Assembly: GCA_944380775.1 (NCBI GenBank)
Contig: CALWIP010000023.1
Span: 170,633 to 194,632 of the forward strand
Direction: 5' to 3'
DNA: 24,000 nucleotides
From: an uncultured Clostridia bacterium
GTDB taxonomy: Bacteria; Bacillota; Clostridia; Oscillospirales; Acutalibacteraceae
Under the pieces are notes generated by a model. It searched no databases, was not told the DNA's origin, and saw nothing but the letters and a program-made list of their open reading frames with translations. A program made the translations under genes and the position numbers. This document shows positions 1-8,284 of the stretch, piece after piece (within the stretch, counting starts at the first letter, position 1; each line of letters begins with the position of its first letter).

Positions 1-536
1 CGCGCGTGGCGCACCGCCGCGCGGCTGATCTCCACCGGGTCGCCGTTCCCCTGTTCAAACACCGGGGCGCCCGCCTTTGAACCGACCACCTGCAGCTGTT
101 TAATAGCCGCCGGCCGGTAGACGTCGCCCGCGACGAGCAGCGGCCGGCGCCCCTGGCTTTTGAGCCAGTAGGCCAGCTTGCCGGCATGGGTGGTCTTGCC
201 GGCGCCTTGTAGGCCGCACAAGAGGTAAACCGCCGGCGGCTTGGGCGGCGTGGCAAGCCGCGCCTGGGCGCCGCCCATGAGCGCGGTGAGCTCTTCGTTG
301 ACGATCTTCACGACCATTTGCGCAGGGGTCAGGCTTTCCATGACCTCCGCGCCGATGGCGCGCTCCGTCACTTTATTGGTAAAATCTTTAGCGACTTTGT
401 AGTTGACGTCCGCTTCCAGCAGCGCGAGCCGGACCTCGCGCATGGCGGCCTTTACATCAGATTCGCTCAGCTTCCCTTTGGCCTTCAGATTTTTGAACGC
501 CTGCGAGAGCTTTTCTGCCAGCCCTTCAAACGCCAC
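1..536 (-). CDS. ffh: Signal recognition particle GTPase Ffh, N-terminal part (gene continues past the left edge)
   Basis: Minus-strand translation from GTG (534-536) reads VAFEGLAEKLSQAFKNLKGKGKLSESDVKAAMREVRLALLEADVNYKVAKDF...AVYLLCGLQGAGKTTHAGKLA, i.e. the Ffh N domain and GxxGxGKT P-loop. It is absent from the ORF track because the window edge truncates it. It lies directly downstream of ylxM, as in Firmicutes. Confidence 0.9.
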   Translation of the reverse strand, partial: MAFEGLAEKLSQAFKNLKAKGKLSESDVKAAMREVRLALLEADVNYKVAKDFTNKVTERAIGAEVMESLTPAQMVVKIVNEELTALMGGAQARLATPPKPPAVYLLCGLQGAGKTTHAGKLAYWLKSQGRRPLLVAGDVYRPAAIKQLQVVGSKAGAPVFEQGNGDPVEISRAAVRHA

Positions 537-562
537 GGCGCACCGCCCTTTCTCTCCGCTTG

Positions 563-928
563 TTATTCTTCGCGCAGCGCCCGGGCAATCTCCCCGATGC
601 GCTGCGCGCGCGCGTCAATCTCCCGGGAAAACAAAAGCCGCCGGTTCTGCGCGCCGATCTCCTCCGCAGCCTGCTGGATTTCCTCCAAGCCGCGCTGGAT
701 CGCCCGGAACCGCCGGGCAAGCCCGAGCCGCTCCTCCATCTCGCGCAGCTGCGCTTCCGCGCGCTTAATCGCGTCGCGCACGCCCTGACGGGAGATTCCC
801 TCGTTCGCGGCGATCTCGCCGAGGGAAAGGTCGTCGTTGTAGTAGTACTCGATGGCCTCGCGCTGCTTCTCCGTGAGCATCTCGCCGTAAAAATCCAGCA
901 GCAGCGAAATTTCGAGATCCTTGGCCAT
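563..928 (-). CDS. ylxM: YlxM/UPF0122 small helix-turn-helix protein
   Basis: The 121-aa product begins MAKDLEISLLLDFYGEMLTEKQREAIEYYYNDDLSLGEIA..GISRQGVRDAIKRA, the sigma70-region-4-like HTH typical of YlxM. The conserved position immediately upstream of ffh supports the call. Confidence 0.85.
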   Translation of the reverse strand: MAKDLEISLLLDFYGEMLTEKQREAIEYYYNDDLSLGEIAANEGISRQGVRDAIKRAEAQLREMEERLGLARRFRAIQRGLEEIQQAAEEIGAQNRRLLFSREIDARAQRIGEIARALREE

Positions 929-970
929 CGCCGTCCCCTCCCTGTAAAGCAGTTCCCTTTACAGTTGTGT

Positions 971-999
971 ATTATACCGTACCGCTCCCCAAATGTCAA
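971..999 (-). promoter_or_regulatory. Consensus sigma70/sigmaA promoter for ylxM-ffh
   Basis: On the minus strand, TTGACA (999-994), a 17-nt spacer and TATAAT (976-971). An 8-bp hairpin CTGTAAAG/CTTTACAG (942-964) follows in the leader, next to the GGGAGGGG ribosome-binding site. Confidence 0.6.
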
Positions 1000-1011
1000 G
1001 AGCCGGCATAG

Positions 1012-1038
1012 AAAAACCCCGGGGTGAAATTCCCGGGG
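1012..1038 (-). terminator. Rho-independent terminator (bidirectional shape) after the 247-aa hypothetical gene
   Basis: A 7-bp GC stem, CCCCGGG (1017-1023) pairing with CCCGGGG (1032-1038). It is flanked by an A5 run (1012-1016) and a T4 run (1039-1042). Read on the minus strand, the stem is followed by TTTTT. Confidence 0.6.
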
Positions 1039-1061
1039 TTTTGGTCAATGAGACGGGAATC

Positions 1062-1805
1062 TCAATTCCCAGCATATTTCGCAAAGAAGTCTTTCAAATC
1101 CTCCGCAAACCGCTCGAGATACGGATCCAGGCCGTCGCCCACCAAGCAGGAAAGGCGGTCCTTTAGTTCTTCCCCTGCGAGGCCGGTCAAGCTCTCCGTC
1201 TGGATCTCAATCCCGGTTTCCCCTACGGTAAGGCCGGTGAGCGCAAGCTCCGTCCCCAAGCTTTCGAGCGGGATGGCAAACTGCGCGGCGTCCCAGCGCA
1301 GCGCTTCCCCGTCCCAAACGGCGCCGCCCGGCAGCCGTTTGGCCGCCCACGCGGCGGCCCACGCCGGGTACACGGGCAGCCGCCCGACAAAGCAGGCCTC
1401 CGGCGCGGCGCAGATTTCGTTTGCCTCCGTGTCCATCCAAAGACGTACGGAAGCGGAGAACGCCAGGCGGCAGCCCCCCTTCCAAACCGGGGCATAGAGC
1501 TCCAGCGCGCCGTTTTCTCCCGCCGAAAGCGTGATTTGCTCGACGGAAATCCCGTCCTCTTGCGGCGGCTGCTTTTCTTCCAGCAGCCATGCAAGGAACC
1601 CGTTCGCCTGCTCCAGGCTGACCTGCGCCGGTTCCCCGGTCAGCGCCGCCGCAACCACCGGCTCCACAAGGCTAAGCGAGGGCTCCGCCGCCGGCTCCCC
1701 GCCGCGGCTGTCCTGGAACGCCAGCCAGGCCGCCGCCCCGCCCGCAGCCAAAAATAAAAGGAGGATGGCCGCTACCAGAATCAGGACCCTTTTTGCGCCG
1801 CTCAT
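1062..1805 (-). CDS. Hypothetical protein with N-terminal membrane anchor or signal sequence
   Basis: 247-aa ORF with an N-terminal hydrophobic helix (KRVLILVAAILLLFLAAGGAAAWLAF). Its ATG overlaps the mutS2 stop (ATGA at 1802-1805), implying co-translation. I recognise no domain. Confidence 0.6.
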   Translation of the reverse strand: MSGAKRVLILVAAILLLFLAAGGAAAWLAFQDSRGGEPAAEPSLSLVEPVVAAALTGEPAQVSLEQANGFLAWLLEEKQPPQEDGISVEQITLSAGENGALELYAPVWKGGCRLAFSASVRLWMDTEANEICAAPEACFVGRLPVYPAWAAAWAAKRLPGGAVWDGEALRWDAAQFAIPLESLGTELALTGLTVGETGIEIQTESLTGLAGEELKDRLSCLVGDGLDPYLERFAEDLKDFFAKYAGN

Positions 1806-4183
1806 TTCAGTTCCACAACCGTCACGCCGGATTCCCCCTCGCCGAACGTGCCGAGACGGAAGGATTTGACAGACGGATGGCGCCGCAGATGATCCTGGAT
1901 GGCGGCGCGAAGGACGCCGGTCCCTTTCCCGTGGATGACCGTCAGAGACGGCACGTTGGAAAGCACCGCCGAGTCGATAAATTGATCGACCGTCATGATG
2001 GCTTCCTGCGCGGTTTGGCCGCGTACATCCACCTCTGTGTGGATCTCCGCGCGCGCCCCGCCCACATTTTTCGTCACACGGCGGCGCGGCGGTTCCGGCT
2101 GTTTCTGCTTCTCTTCAATCAATTTCAGATTTTCCAGCGGCACGCGCGTCTTGATGACGCCCGCCTGCACCAGGACTTTCCCGCCGTCCTCCGGCGTCTC
2201 CAGCACGGTGGCGCGCTTGTCGATGTCGCGCAGCAGCACCGTGTCCCCCGCCTTCAGCGGGCGCGGCAGCACATAGGGGCCGCTTTCCTTTTTATGCACC
2301 GGGTCGGCGAGGTTTTCCAGGTTGCGCATGCCGGCGCGCAGCTTCGCTTTCTCCTCTGCGGAAAGCGCCTTGTTCTGGCGTCGGCGCAATTCGTCCATTT
2401 CATTGAGCATCGCGTCAATTTGCGCGCGGGTGCGCGCCACCAGCTGGGCGGCCTGCTCCCGGGCGCGGGCAAGTTCCCGCTCGCCCTCCCGTTCCACTTT
2501 CTCACGCGCCGCGCGGGCTTCCTCGTTGGCCGCAGCGGCCTCGCGGCGTTCGCGCGCCGCCGTTTCCCGTTCGCCCTCCAGCTTTTGGCGGCTGGCCTCT
2601 AAGCTCTGCACCACGTCTTCAAAGCGGGTGTTCTCGCTGGAAACCAGCGCCTTTGCGCGCTCCACGACGGCGGGCTCCATGCCCAGGCGGGAACAGATGG
2701 CGAACGCGTTCGAACGGCCCGGCACGCCGATGAGCAGGCGGTAGGTCGGCCGCAGCGTGGCAACATCGAATTCGCAGCAGGCGTTCTCCACGCCCGGCGT
2801 TTGCAACGCATAGGCTTTTAACTCGGCGTAATGCGTCGTCGCCGCAATTTTCGCGCCTTTTTCCCGCAGGGATTCCAAAATTGCCGTGGCGAGCGCGGCG
2901 CCCTCCACCGGGTCTGTCCCTGCGCCGAGTTCGTCGAGCAGCACAAGGCTGTCCGGCCCGGCCTGGCGGAAAATGCGGATGATGTTCGTCATGTGCGCCG
3001 AAAAGGTGGAGAGCGACTGCTCGATGCTCTGTTCGTCGCCGATATCGACCAGGACCCGCCGGAACGCCGCGATCTTGCAGCCCTCTCCCGCGGGGATCAT
3101 CAGGCCGCACAACGCCATCGCCGTAAGCAGGCCAATGGTCTTGAGCGACACCGTTTTGCCGCCGGTGTTCGGCCCGGTGATGACCAACGTGTCAAAGCGC
3201 CCGCCGAGCTCGATGTCGGTGGGAACCACTTTTTTCGGGTCGATGAGCGGGTGGCGCGCCCGTTTGAGCAAAATCTCGCCGGAATCGTTGATTTCCGGAA
3301 GCGTTGCCTTCATCCGGTAGGCGAGCGAGGCTTTGGCAAAGATGAGGTCCAGGCCGACCGCCGCGTGGTAGCTCTGGATGATCCCGCCGGCGAAGCTGCC
3401 CGCTTCCGCCGAAAGCTCCGCCAGGATGCGCTCAATCTCCGCCTGCTCGCGCGCGAGCAGCACGCGGATTTCGTTGTTCGCCTCGACCACGCCCATTGGC
3501 TCGACGAAGACGGTCGCGCCGCTGGAAGACGTGTCGTGCACCAGGCCCGGCACGTCGCCGCGGCATTCCGCCTTGACCGGCACGACATAGCGCCCAGAGC
3601 GCATGGTAACAATCGGGTCCTGCAAATATTTTTGGTAAACCGGCGAGCGGATCATTTTATCCAGCTGCTCGCGCACGCGCGAGGAAGCCGCGCGGATCTT
3701 CCTGCGGATAGAGGCGAGTTCCGGCGAAGCCTGGTCCGACACCTCTTCTTCAGACAATACGACTGTATTAATGCGGTCCTCTAAGTACCGGTTCGGCGCA
3801 AGCTGTTCAAAGCGCGGGTCCAGCACGGTGCGCACGCCCTCGCTCTTCGCGCGCCACTCTGCGATTCCGCGGCACGCGCGCAAGAGCCCTGCGATGCGCA
3901 GCAATTCGGTTAGATTCAAAACGCCGCCCGCTTCCGCGCGGCGCAGCGCGTTGGTCATATTCCGCAGGCCGCCAAACCCGGGCGAGCCAAAACGGGCCAT
4001 CAGCTGGTAAGCGTCGTCGGTCTCGTGCAGGAGACGCACCGCGTCCTCCCGGTTTTCCGCAGGGAGGAGCTCCAACGCCTGCGCCGCGGCTTCCTCGCTG
4101 GAGGCCTGCTCTGCAAGCAGCCGCAGCACCTTGTCGAGCTCAACCGCCCGCAGGTTCCTCGTTTCCTGATTGGTTTGTTCCAT
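1802..4183 (-). CDS. mutS2: Endonuclease MutS2 (MutS-family ATPase with C-terminal Smr domain)
   Basis: 793 aa. Walker A motif ITGPNTGGKTV and the DELGAGTDP motif are present. A long coiled-coil Ala/Glu/Arg region is followed by C-terminal Smr (VDVRGQTAQEA...LTVIHGKGTGVLR). Confidence 0.95.
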   Translation of the reverse strand: MEQTNQETRNLRAVELDKVLRLLAEQASSEEAAAQALELLPAENREDAVRLLHETDDAYQLMARFGSPGFGGLRNMTNALRRAEAGGVLNLTELLRIAGLLRACRGIAEWRAKSEGVRTVLDPRFEQLAPNRYLEDRINTVVLSEEEVSDQASPELASIRRKIRAASSRVREQLDKMIRSPVYQKYLQDPIVTMRSGRYVVPVKAECRGDVPGLVHDTSSSGATVFVEPMGVVEANNEIRVLLAREQAEIERILAELSAEAGSFAGGIIQSYHAAVGLDLIFAKASLAYRMKATLPEINDSGEILLKRARHPLIDPKKVVPTDIELGGRFDTLVITGPNTGGKTVSLKTIGLLTAMALCGLMIPAGEGCKIAAFRRVLVDIGDEQSIEQSLSTFSAHMTNIIRIFRQAGPDSLVLLDELGAGTDPVEGAALATAILESLREKGAKIAATTHYAELKAYALQTPGVENACCEFDVATLRPTYRLLIGVPGRSNAFAICSRLGMEPAVVERAKALVSSENTRFEDVVQSLEASRQKLEGERETAARERREAAAANEEARAAREKVEREGERELARAREQAAQLVARTRAQIDAMLNEMDELRRRQNKALSAEEKAKLRAGMRNLENLADPVHKKESGPYVLPRPLKAGDTVLLRDIDKRATVLETPEDGGKVLVQAGVIKTRVPLENLKLIEEKQKQPEPPRRRVTKNVGGARAEIHTEVDVRGQTAQEAIMTVDQFIDSAVLSNVPSLTVIHGKGTGVLRAAIQDHLRRHPSVKSFRLGTFGEGESGVTVVELK

Positions 4184-4192
4184 ATTGTTCTC

Positions 4193-4963
4193 CTATGTTT
4201 TCCGCCCCGGCGCGGCCGGCGCCGCACAGGCGCGGTAAAAGTCCAGCGTGGCAAAGCCGCGCCCCAGCTGGCTGAGGACGTACTGTTCCGCCGCGTGCCC
4301 CAGCACGCACAAGCCCTCCTCCGGCAGCCGGAACGAAAACAGCTTTTCCAGTTCCGCATAAACGGTGTGCCGCAGGGCGGTGGTCACGCCGCGGTTCATC
4401 CGTACGGCGCGGGCCTCGCCCCTGGTAAAGCAGCTCCCGCAGAGCAGGCAGCCCTGCGAAGGCAAAAAAAACATCTCGTCCGCTTCATAGCAGGCGCAGC
4501 GCGCGCAACAGACGAGGTCCGGCTGGTAGCCGGCCAGCGCCATCATGCGCATTTCCACCACAGGCTTCAGCAGCAGCGGGGAACGCGCGCCCGCGCTGAG
4601 AAAATGGAGCGCATTGAGCATCACGCGCAAAAAGCCGTCTGCGGGCGCTTCCTCCGGGGCCAGCGCGCCCGCCAACTCGCAGAAGTACTGCGCCAGCGCC
4701 AGGCGGCTGATTTCCTCCCGCAGGCCGAAAAAAACCTCGACCGGCTGCGCCTCGTCGACGAGGTAGCGCTCCCGCCCACGGTAGAGCGTGAAGCGGGAAT
4801 AGCACAGGAGCTGGGTAGAGGAAGCCTTCCCGCTGCGCAGGCGCTTGGCCTGCCGCGCAAACGCTCGCACCACCCCGGCGTCCCGTGTCAAGATGCTGAC
4901 CAGGCGGTCATTTTCCCCCACGTTCCACTCCCGAATGACGAGCCCGTCCGTTTTGATCTGCAT
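4193..4963 (-). CDS. recO: DNA repair protein RecO
   Basis: The product begins MQIKTDGLVIREWNVGENDRLVSILTRDAGVVRAF (OB-fold N-terminus). It also has the Cys cluster CARCACYEADEMFFLPSQGCLLCGSC (RecO zinc finger). I place the start at the internal ATG at 4963 rather than the ORF-track start at 4987. Its position after era matches Firmicutes synteny. Confidence 0.85.
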   Translation of the reverse strand: MQIKTDGLVIREWNVGENDRLVSILTRDAGVVRAFARQAKRLRSGKASSTQLLCYSRFTLYRGRERYLVDEAQPVEVFFGLREEISRLALAQYFCELAGALAPEEAPADGFLRVMLNALHFLSAGARSPLLLKPVVEMRMMALAGYQPDLVCCARCACYEADEMFFLPSQGCLLCGSCFTRGEARAVRMNRGVTTALRHTVYAELEKLFSFRLPEEGLCVLGHAAEQYVLSQLGRGFATLDFYRACAAPAAPGRKT

Positions 4964-5075
4964 GCGTGCTCCCCTTCCGTGCGGCACAGCCGCCGCGCGC
5001 CAGCCGCGCGTATTCCAAATAAGCCGCCACGCTTCCGGTGGCGCAAAAGGCCTCCCAGGCCTGCTTCTGGTTCAT
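4908..5075 (-). CDS. YqzL-like small protein (55 aa), not in the ORF track
   Basis: Hand translation from ATG 5075 gives MNQKQAWEAFCATGSVAAYLEYARLARGGCAARKGSTHADQNGRARHSGVERGGK, with the stop at 4908-4910. The N-terminal 25 residues resemble the YqzL family (AW..F..TG.I.AYL.Y), which sits between era and recO in Bacillus. The 3' end overlaps recO by 56 nt in another frame. Confidence 0.45.
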   Translation of the reverse strand: MNQKQAWEAFCATGSVAAYLEYARLARGGCAARKGSTHADQNGRARHSGVERGGK

Positions 5076-5163
5076 CCCGGTCCCGTCCTTTCCGCGCTCA
5101 TGCGTTATTCAGTATTCGCCGCGCGGAAAACGGTATGTCAGGAAATATCAGGTCGAACGGCCG

Positions 5164-6081
5164 TCACTGGAAATCGTTTTCCCCGTAGCCGAGGCTGCGC
5201 AGCACGGCTTCCCGGTTGCGCCAATCCTCCTTGACCTTGACCCAGAGCTGCAAATTAACCTTGCAGCCGAAAAATTTTTCCATATCCTCCCGGGCGTAGG
5301 AGCCAACCCGCTTGAGCATGGCGCCGCCCTTTCCAATGATAATCCCCTTGTGGTTGACGCGCTCACAATAGATGGTCGCGTCGATGTCGGTGACGCCGTC
5401 GCCGCGCTCCTTCATGCGTTCCACGGAAACGGCCAGGCCGTGCGGGACCTCTTTGTCCAACAGGCGCAGCAGCTTTTCGCGCACAATTTCCCCGGCAAGC
5501 ACGCGTTCCGGCTGGTCTGTAAGTGTGTCGCGGTCGAAGAAATGCGGGCCGGACTCCGCCAAAGCCTTGAGCTCTTTTTTCAAATCCTGGAGGCCGTTGC
5601 CGTCCAGCGCCGAAACTGGCACGACCGCCCGGAACGGAAATAATTCCGAATATGCGGCGATCTGCGCGAGCAGCTTCGATTTCTCCTCCAAGAGGTCGAT
5701 CTTATTCACTGCCAAAACAGCGGGCAAGCCCTGGCTCTGGAACCGCGCGATCAATTCGCGGTCCGCGGGGGAGATCTTCTGTCCCGCCTCCACCACGAGC
5801 AGGCAGGCGTCCACGCCGGAGACAGACTCCACCACCGAACGCACCATGTAGGAATCCAGCCGGTCGTGCGGCTTGTGCAGGCCGGGGGTGTCCAAAAAAA
5901 CAAGCTGGGTCTCCTCCTCGGTGAGCACACCCATGATGCGCGTGCGCGTGGTCTGCGGCTTGCGGGAGACGATGGCCACCTTCTGCCCTAAAAGGGCGTT
6001 GAGCAACGAGGACTTGCCCACGTTGGGCCGCCCAACAATGGCGAGAAACGCCGTTTTTTCCTGAAGTTCCTGATTAACCAA
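5164..6081 (-). CDS. era: GTPase Era
   Basis: 305 aa with G1 GRPNVGKSSLLN, G3 DTPG, NKID and a C-terminal KH domain (IYCERVNHKGIIIGKGGAMLK). The start is TTG at 6081, preceded by GGAG 7 nt upstream. Confidence 0.95.
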   Translation of the reverse strand: MVNQELQEKTAFLAIVGRPNVGKSSLLNALLGQKVAIVSRKPQTTRTRIMGVLTEEETQLVFLDTPGLHKPHDRLDSYMVRSVVESVSGVDACLLVVEAGQKISPADRELIARFQSQGLPAVLAVNKIDLLEEKSKLLAQIAAYSELFPFRAVVPVSALDGNGLQDLKKELKALAESGPHFFDRDTLTDQPERVLAGEIVREKLLRLLDKEVPHGLAVSVERMKERGDGVTDIDATIYCERVNHKGIIIGKGGAMLKRVGSYAREDMEKFFGCKVNLQLWVKVKEDWRNREAVLRSLGYGENDFQ

Positions 6082-6105
6082 AATGGTTTCTCCTTTTCCC
6101 CCGTG

Positions 6106-6654
6106 TCACGGGTTCTTTTTCTTTTGATGGAACGCGGCGCGCCGCCGGGCGAGGCGGTCCCGGATGCCGGCGGGGCCCCACTGAATGTAAACGAGCGCCG
6201 CTGCGAGCGAGAGCGCCAAGAGCGCGGCGCGCCAAGGCTGCGCCGCAAAATAGAGGACAATCCCCCAAAGCCGGTCCGGCTGCCAAAACAGGCAAACGCC
6301 TACGGCCACTGCAAACAGAGCGCAAACCAGCACGCCGCCCGCCGCCAAGTCCTTGACAATGCGCACCGCCGGGTGGTAGCTGGGCGCCGCGAGATCGGAA
6401 AGTTCCTCCGCAACAGTATTGAACACCTCGGCGCTGATGACCAGCGCGAAGGTGAGGAACAGCAGCGCGTACCGCGCCCGGGACATCTCAAAAAAGAACG
6501 AAAACGCGAATACATACAGCGCCGCCGCCGTATGTATCCGCAGATTGCGCTCGCTATTGACGCAGTAGAGCAGGCCCCGAAAGGCATATTTCAGGCTTTT
6601 CAGGAACCGGGCCCTCTTCTTTTTCCCGTTATTCCTCGTCTTCATCCAAGACAT
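6106..6654 (-). CDS. dgkA: Diacylglycerol/undecaprenol kinase (DgkA family)
   Basis: Small polytopic membrane protein with FLKSLKYAFRGLLYCVNSERNLRIH..AEVFNTVAEEL..VKDLAAGGVL, the DgkA signature. The start is uncertain: ATG at 6654 or 6645, or the ORF-track start at 6678. It overlaps the ybeY 3' end. Confidence 0.8.
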   Translation of the reverse strand: MSWMKTRNNGKKKRARFLKSLKYAFRGLLYCVNSERNLRIHTAAALYVFAFSFFFEMSRARYALLFLTFALVISAEVFNTVAEELSDLAAPSYHPAVRIVKDLAAGGVLVCALFAVAVGVCLFWQPDRLWGIVLYFAAQPWRAALLALSLAAALVYIQWGPAGIRDRLARRRAAFHQKKKNP

Positions 6655-7138
6655 AACTGCTGGTGCTGGGCAGGCCAAGCTGCGCCATGACCTGCTCTTC
6701 CTTTTCGCGCATGCGCACTTTTTCGATGCCGCCCTTCTCGTGGTCGTAGCCGAGCAGATGCAGCATGGAGTGCGCCGTCAAAAAGCCGACTTCCCGCTCA
6801 AGCGAATGGCCGTAACGCTCTGCCTGCTCAACCGCTTTTTCCAGGGAAATGACGATATCCCCGAGGATCTTTGCGCCGGTGTCGTGGTTCTCGTCGTACT
6901 GGCCGTTCTCGCCCATCGGGAAACTGAGCACATCGGTAGGCATGTCTTTGTTTCGGTACTGGCGGTTGAGCTCCTGGATCTGCCGGTTATCGACAAAGGT
7001 GACGCTGATCTCCGCGGAATAGGGAAATTTCTCCAGGCGGAGCACCGCGTTGCAGCAGCGGCGTACCAGCATGCGCAGGCCGGTGGGGATTTTGACTTCT
7101 TTCTGCTTGTTATCAATGATCACACGGATCTTTATCAT
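6629..7138 (-). CDS. ybeY: rRNA maturation endoribonuclease YbeY
   Basis: Contains the H-x3-H-x5-H zinc motif HSMLHLLGYDH and DVLSFPM. I chose the start at ATG 7138 (MIKIRVIID...), one nt after the phoH stop. The upstream part of the ORF-track entry looks non-coding for this gene. Confidence 0.9.
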   Translation of the reverse strand: MIKIRVIIDNKQKEVKIPTGLRMLVRRCCNAVLRLEKFPYSAEISVTFVDNRQIQELNRQYRNKDMPTDVLSFPMGENGQYDENHDTGAKILGDIVISLEKAVEQAERYGHSLEREVGFLTAHSMLHLLGYDHEKGGIEKVRMREKEEQVMAQLGLPSTSSYVLDEDEE

Positions 7139-7139
7139 C

Positions 7140-8099
7140 TCAACGCCTTCCTTCCTCTGCTTTTTCATACGCGCGGATAATATCCTGCACGAGTTTGTGC
7201 CGTACCACGTCCCGCTCGTTGAAGCGGACCTGAGCAATATCCTTCACATCCCGCAGGATGCGGAGCACCTCTTTGAGGCCTGATTTTTTCCCGTCCGGCA
7301 GATCAATCTGGGTGATGTCGCCGGTGATGACCATTTTAGAATTGAACCCCAGCCGGGTGAGGAACATTTTCATCTGTTCCGAGGTGGTGTTCTGCGCTTC
7401 ATCCAAAATGACGAAGCTGTCGTCCAACGTGCGCCCGCGCATGTAGGCGAGCGGCGCGACCTCGATATTGCCGCGCTCAACATATTTCTGGTACGTTTCG
7501 GCGCCCAGCATGTCGAACAACGCGTCATACAGCGGGCGCAGGTACGGGTCCACCTTCTGTTGCAGGTCTCCGGGCAAAAAGCCCAGCTTTTCGCCTGCCT
7601 CAACTGCCGGGCGGGTGAGGATGATGCGGTTCACCTCCTGCGCGCGGAACGCGGTCACCGCCATGGCCACGGCGAGATAGGTTTTGCCGGTGCCCGCCGG
7701 CCCAACGCCGATGGTGATGGTGTTTTGCCGGATTTTCTGGCAGTAATTTTTTTGCCCCAGCGTTTTCGGCTTGACCGGTTTGCCCTTTGCCGTAATGCAG
7801 ATGCAGTCGCCGGCGAGCGTTTCAATCTTCTGTTCCGCCCCCTCGTTGACCAGCGAGATGCAGTAATTCACATTCTGTTCGTTGAGCGCTTCCCCGCGGT
7901 TGACGAGGGAGAGCAGGCTCTCGATGGCCCGCACCGCCTTGCCCACGTCTTCCGGCTCCCCCGAAATTTTGAGTTCGGAGTCGCGGCTGACCACCGAAAC
8001 ATGGTATTCTTTTTCAATCAGTTTGATGTTCCCGTCAAAACTGCCAAACAGCGCGACCGCCTGTTCCATGCGGTCGATATTGATCTTTTGTTCCAGCAT
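7140..8099 (-). CDS. phoH: PhoH-like ATPase
   Basis: 319 aa with Walker A GPAGTGKTYLAVA, then LTRPAVEAGEKLGFLPGDL and FVILDEAQN. This is the PhoH family, in the conserved yqfD-phoH-ybeY order. Confidence 0.9.
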   Translation of the reverse strand: MLEQKINIDRMEQAVALFGSFDGNIKLIEKEYHVSVVSRDSELKISGEPEDVGKAVRAIESLLSLVNRGEALNEQNVNYCISLVNEGAEQKIETLAGDCICITAKGKPVKPKTLGQKNYCQKIRQNTITIGVGPAGTGKTYLAVAMAVTAFRAQEVNRIILTRPAVEAGEKLGFLPGDLQQKVDPYLRPLYDALFDMLGAETYQKYVERGNIEVAPLAYMRGRTLDDSFVILDEAQNTTSEQMKMFLTRLGFNSKMVITGDITQIDLPDGKKSGLKEVLRILRDVKDIAQVRFNERDVVRHKLVQDIIRAYEKAEEGRR

Positions 8100-8223
8100 C
8101 GTGTCCTTTTACTGTCCTACTTTCTGCGTTCTAAATTTTCTCTGTCCCACCCGCGGCGGGGACGCCGCCCGGCCGGGTGATTCCGCTGGGTTGTACCGCC
8201 CGCGCCGCTGCCTTCCTGCTGGT

Positions 8224-8252
8224 ATTATAACACAATTTCTGGGGTCCGTCAC
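8224..8252 (-). promoter_or_regulatory. Possible internal promoter for phoH
   Basis: On the minus strand, GTGACG (8252-8247), a 17-nt spacer and TGtTATAAT (extended -10, hexamer 8229-8224). A GC-rich hairpin follows in the roughly 125-nt leader. Confidence 0.3.
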
Positions 8253-8284
8253 GGGGAAGCGGGGCAAAATATTGCACAAAATTT

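Noticed and set aside
4025-5188. 387-aa plus-strand ORF over recO and the era-recO spacer
   Set aside because: It is antisense to recO and the YqzL-like ORF. It is Arg/Ala/Gln-rich with no motif.
8100-8284. GC-rich hairpin (CACCCG...CGGGTG around 8150-8185) in the phoH leader, considered as a riboswitch or attenuator
   Set aside because: There is no adjacent U-tract, no resemblance to any riboswitch class I know, and GC-rich spacers here fold by chance. It is kept only as part of a low-confidence promoter call.
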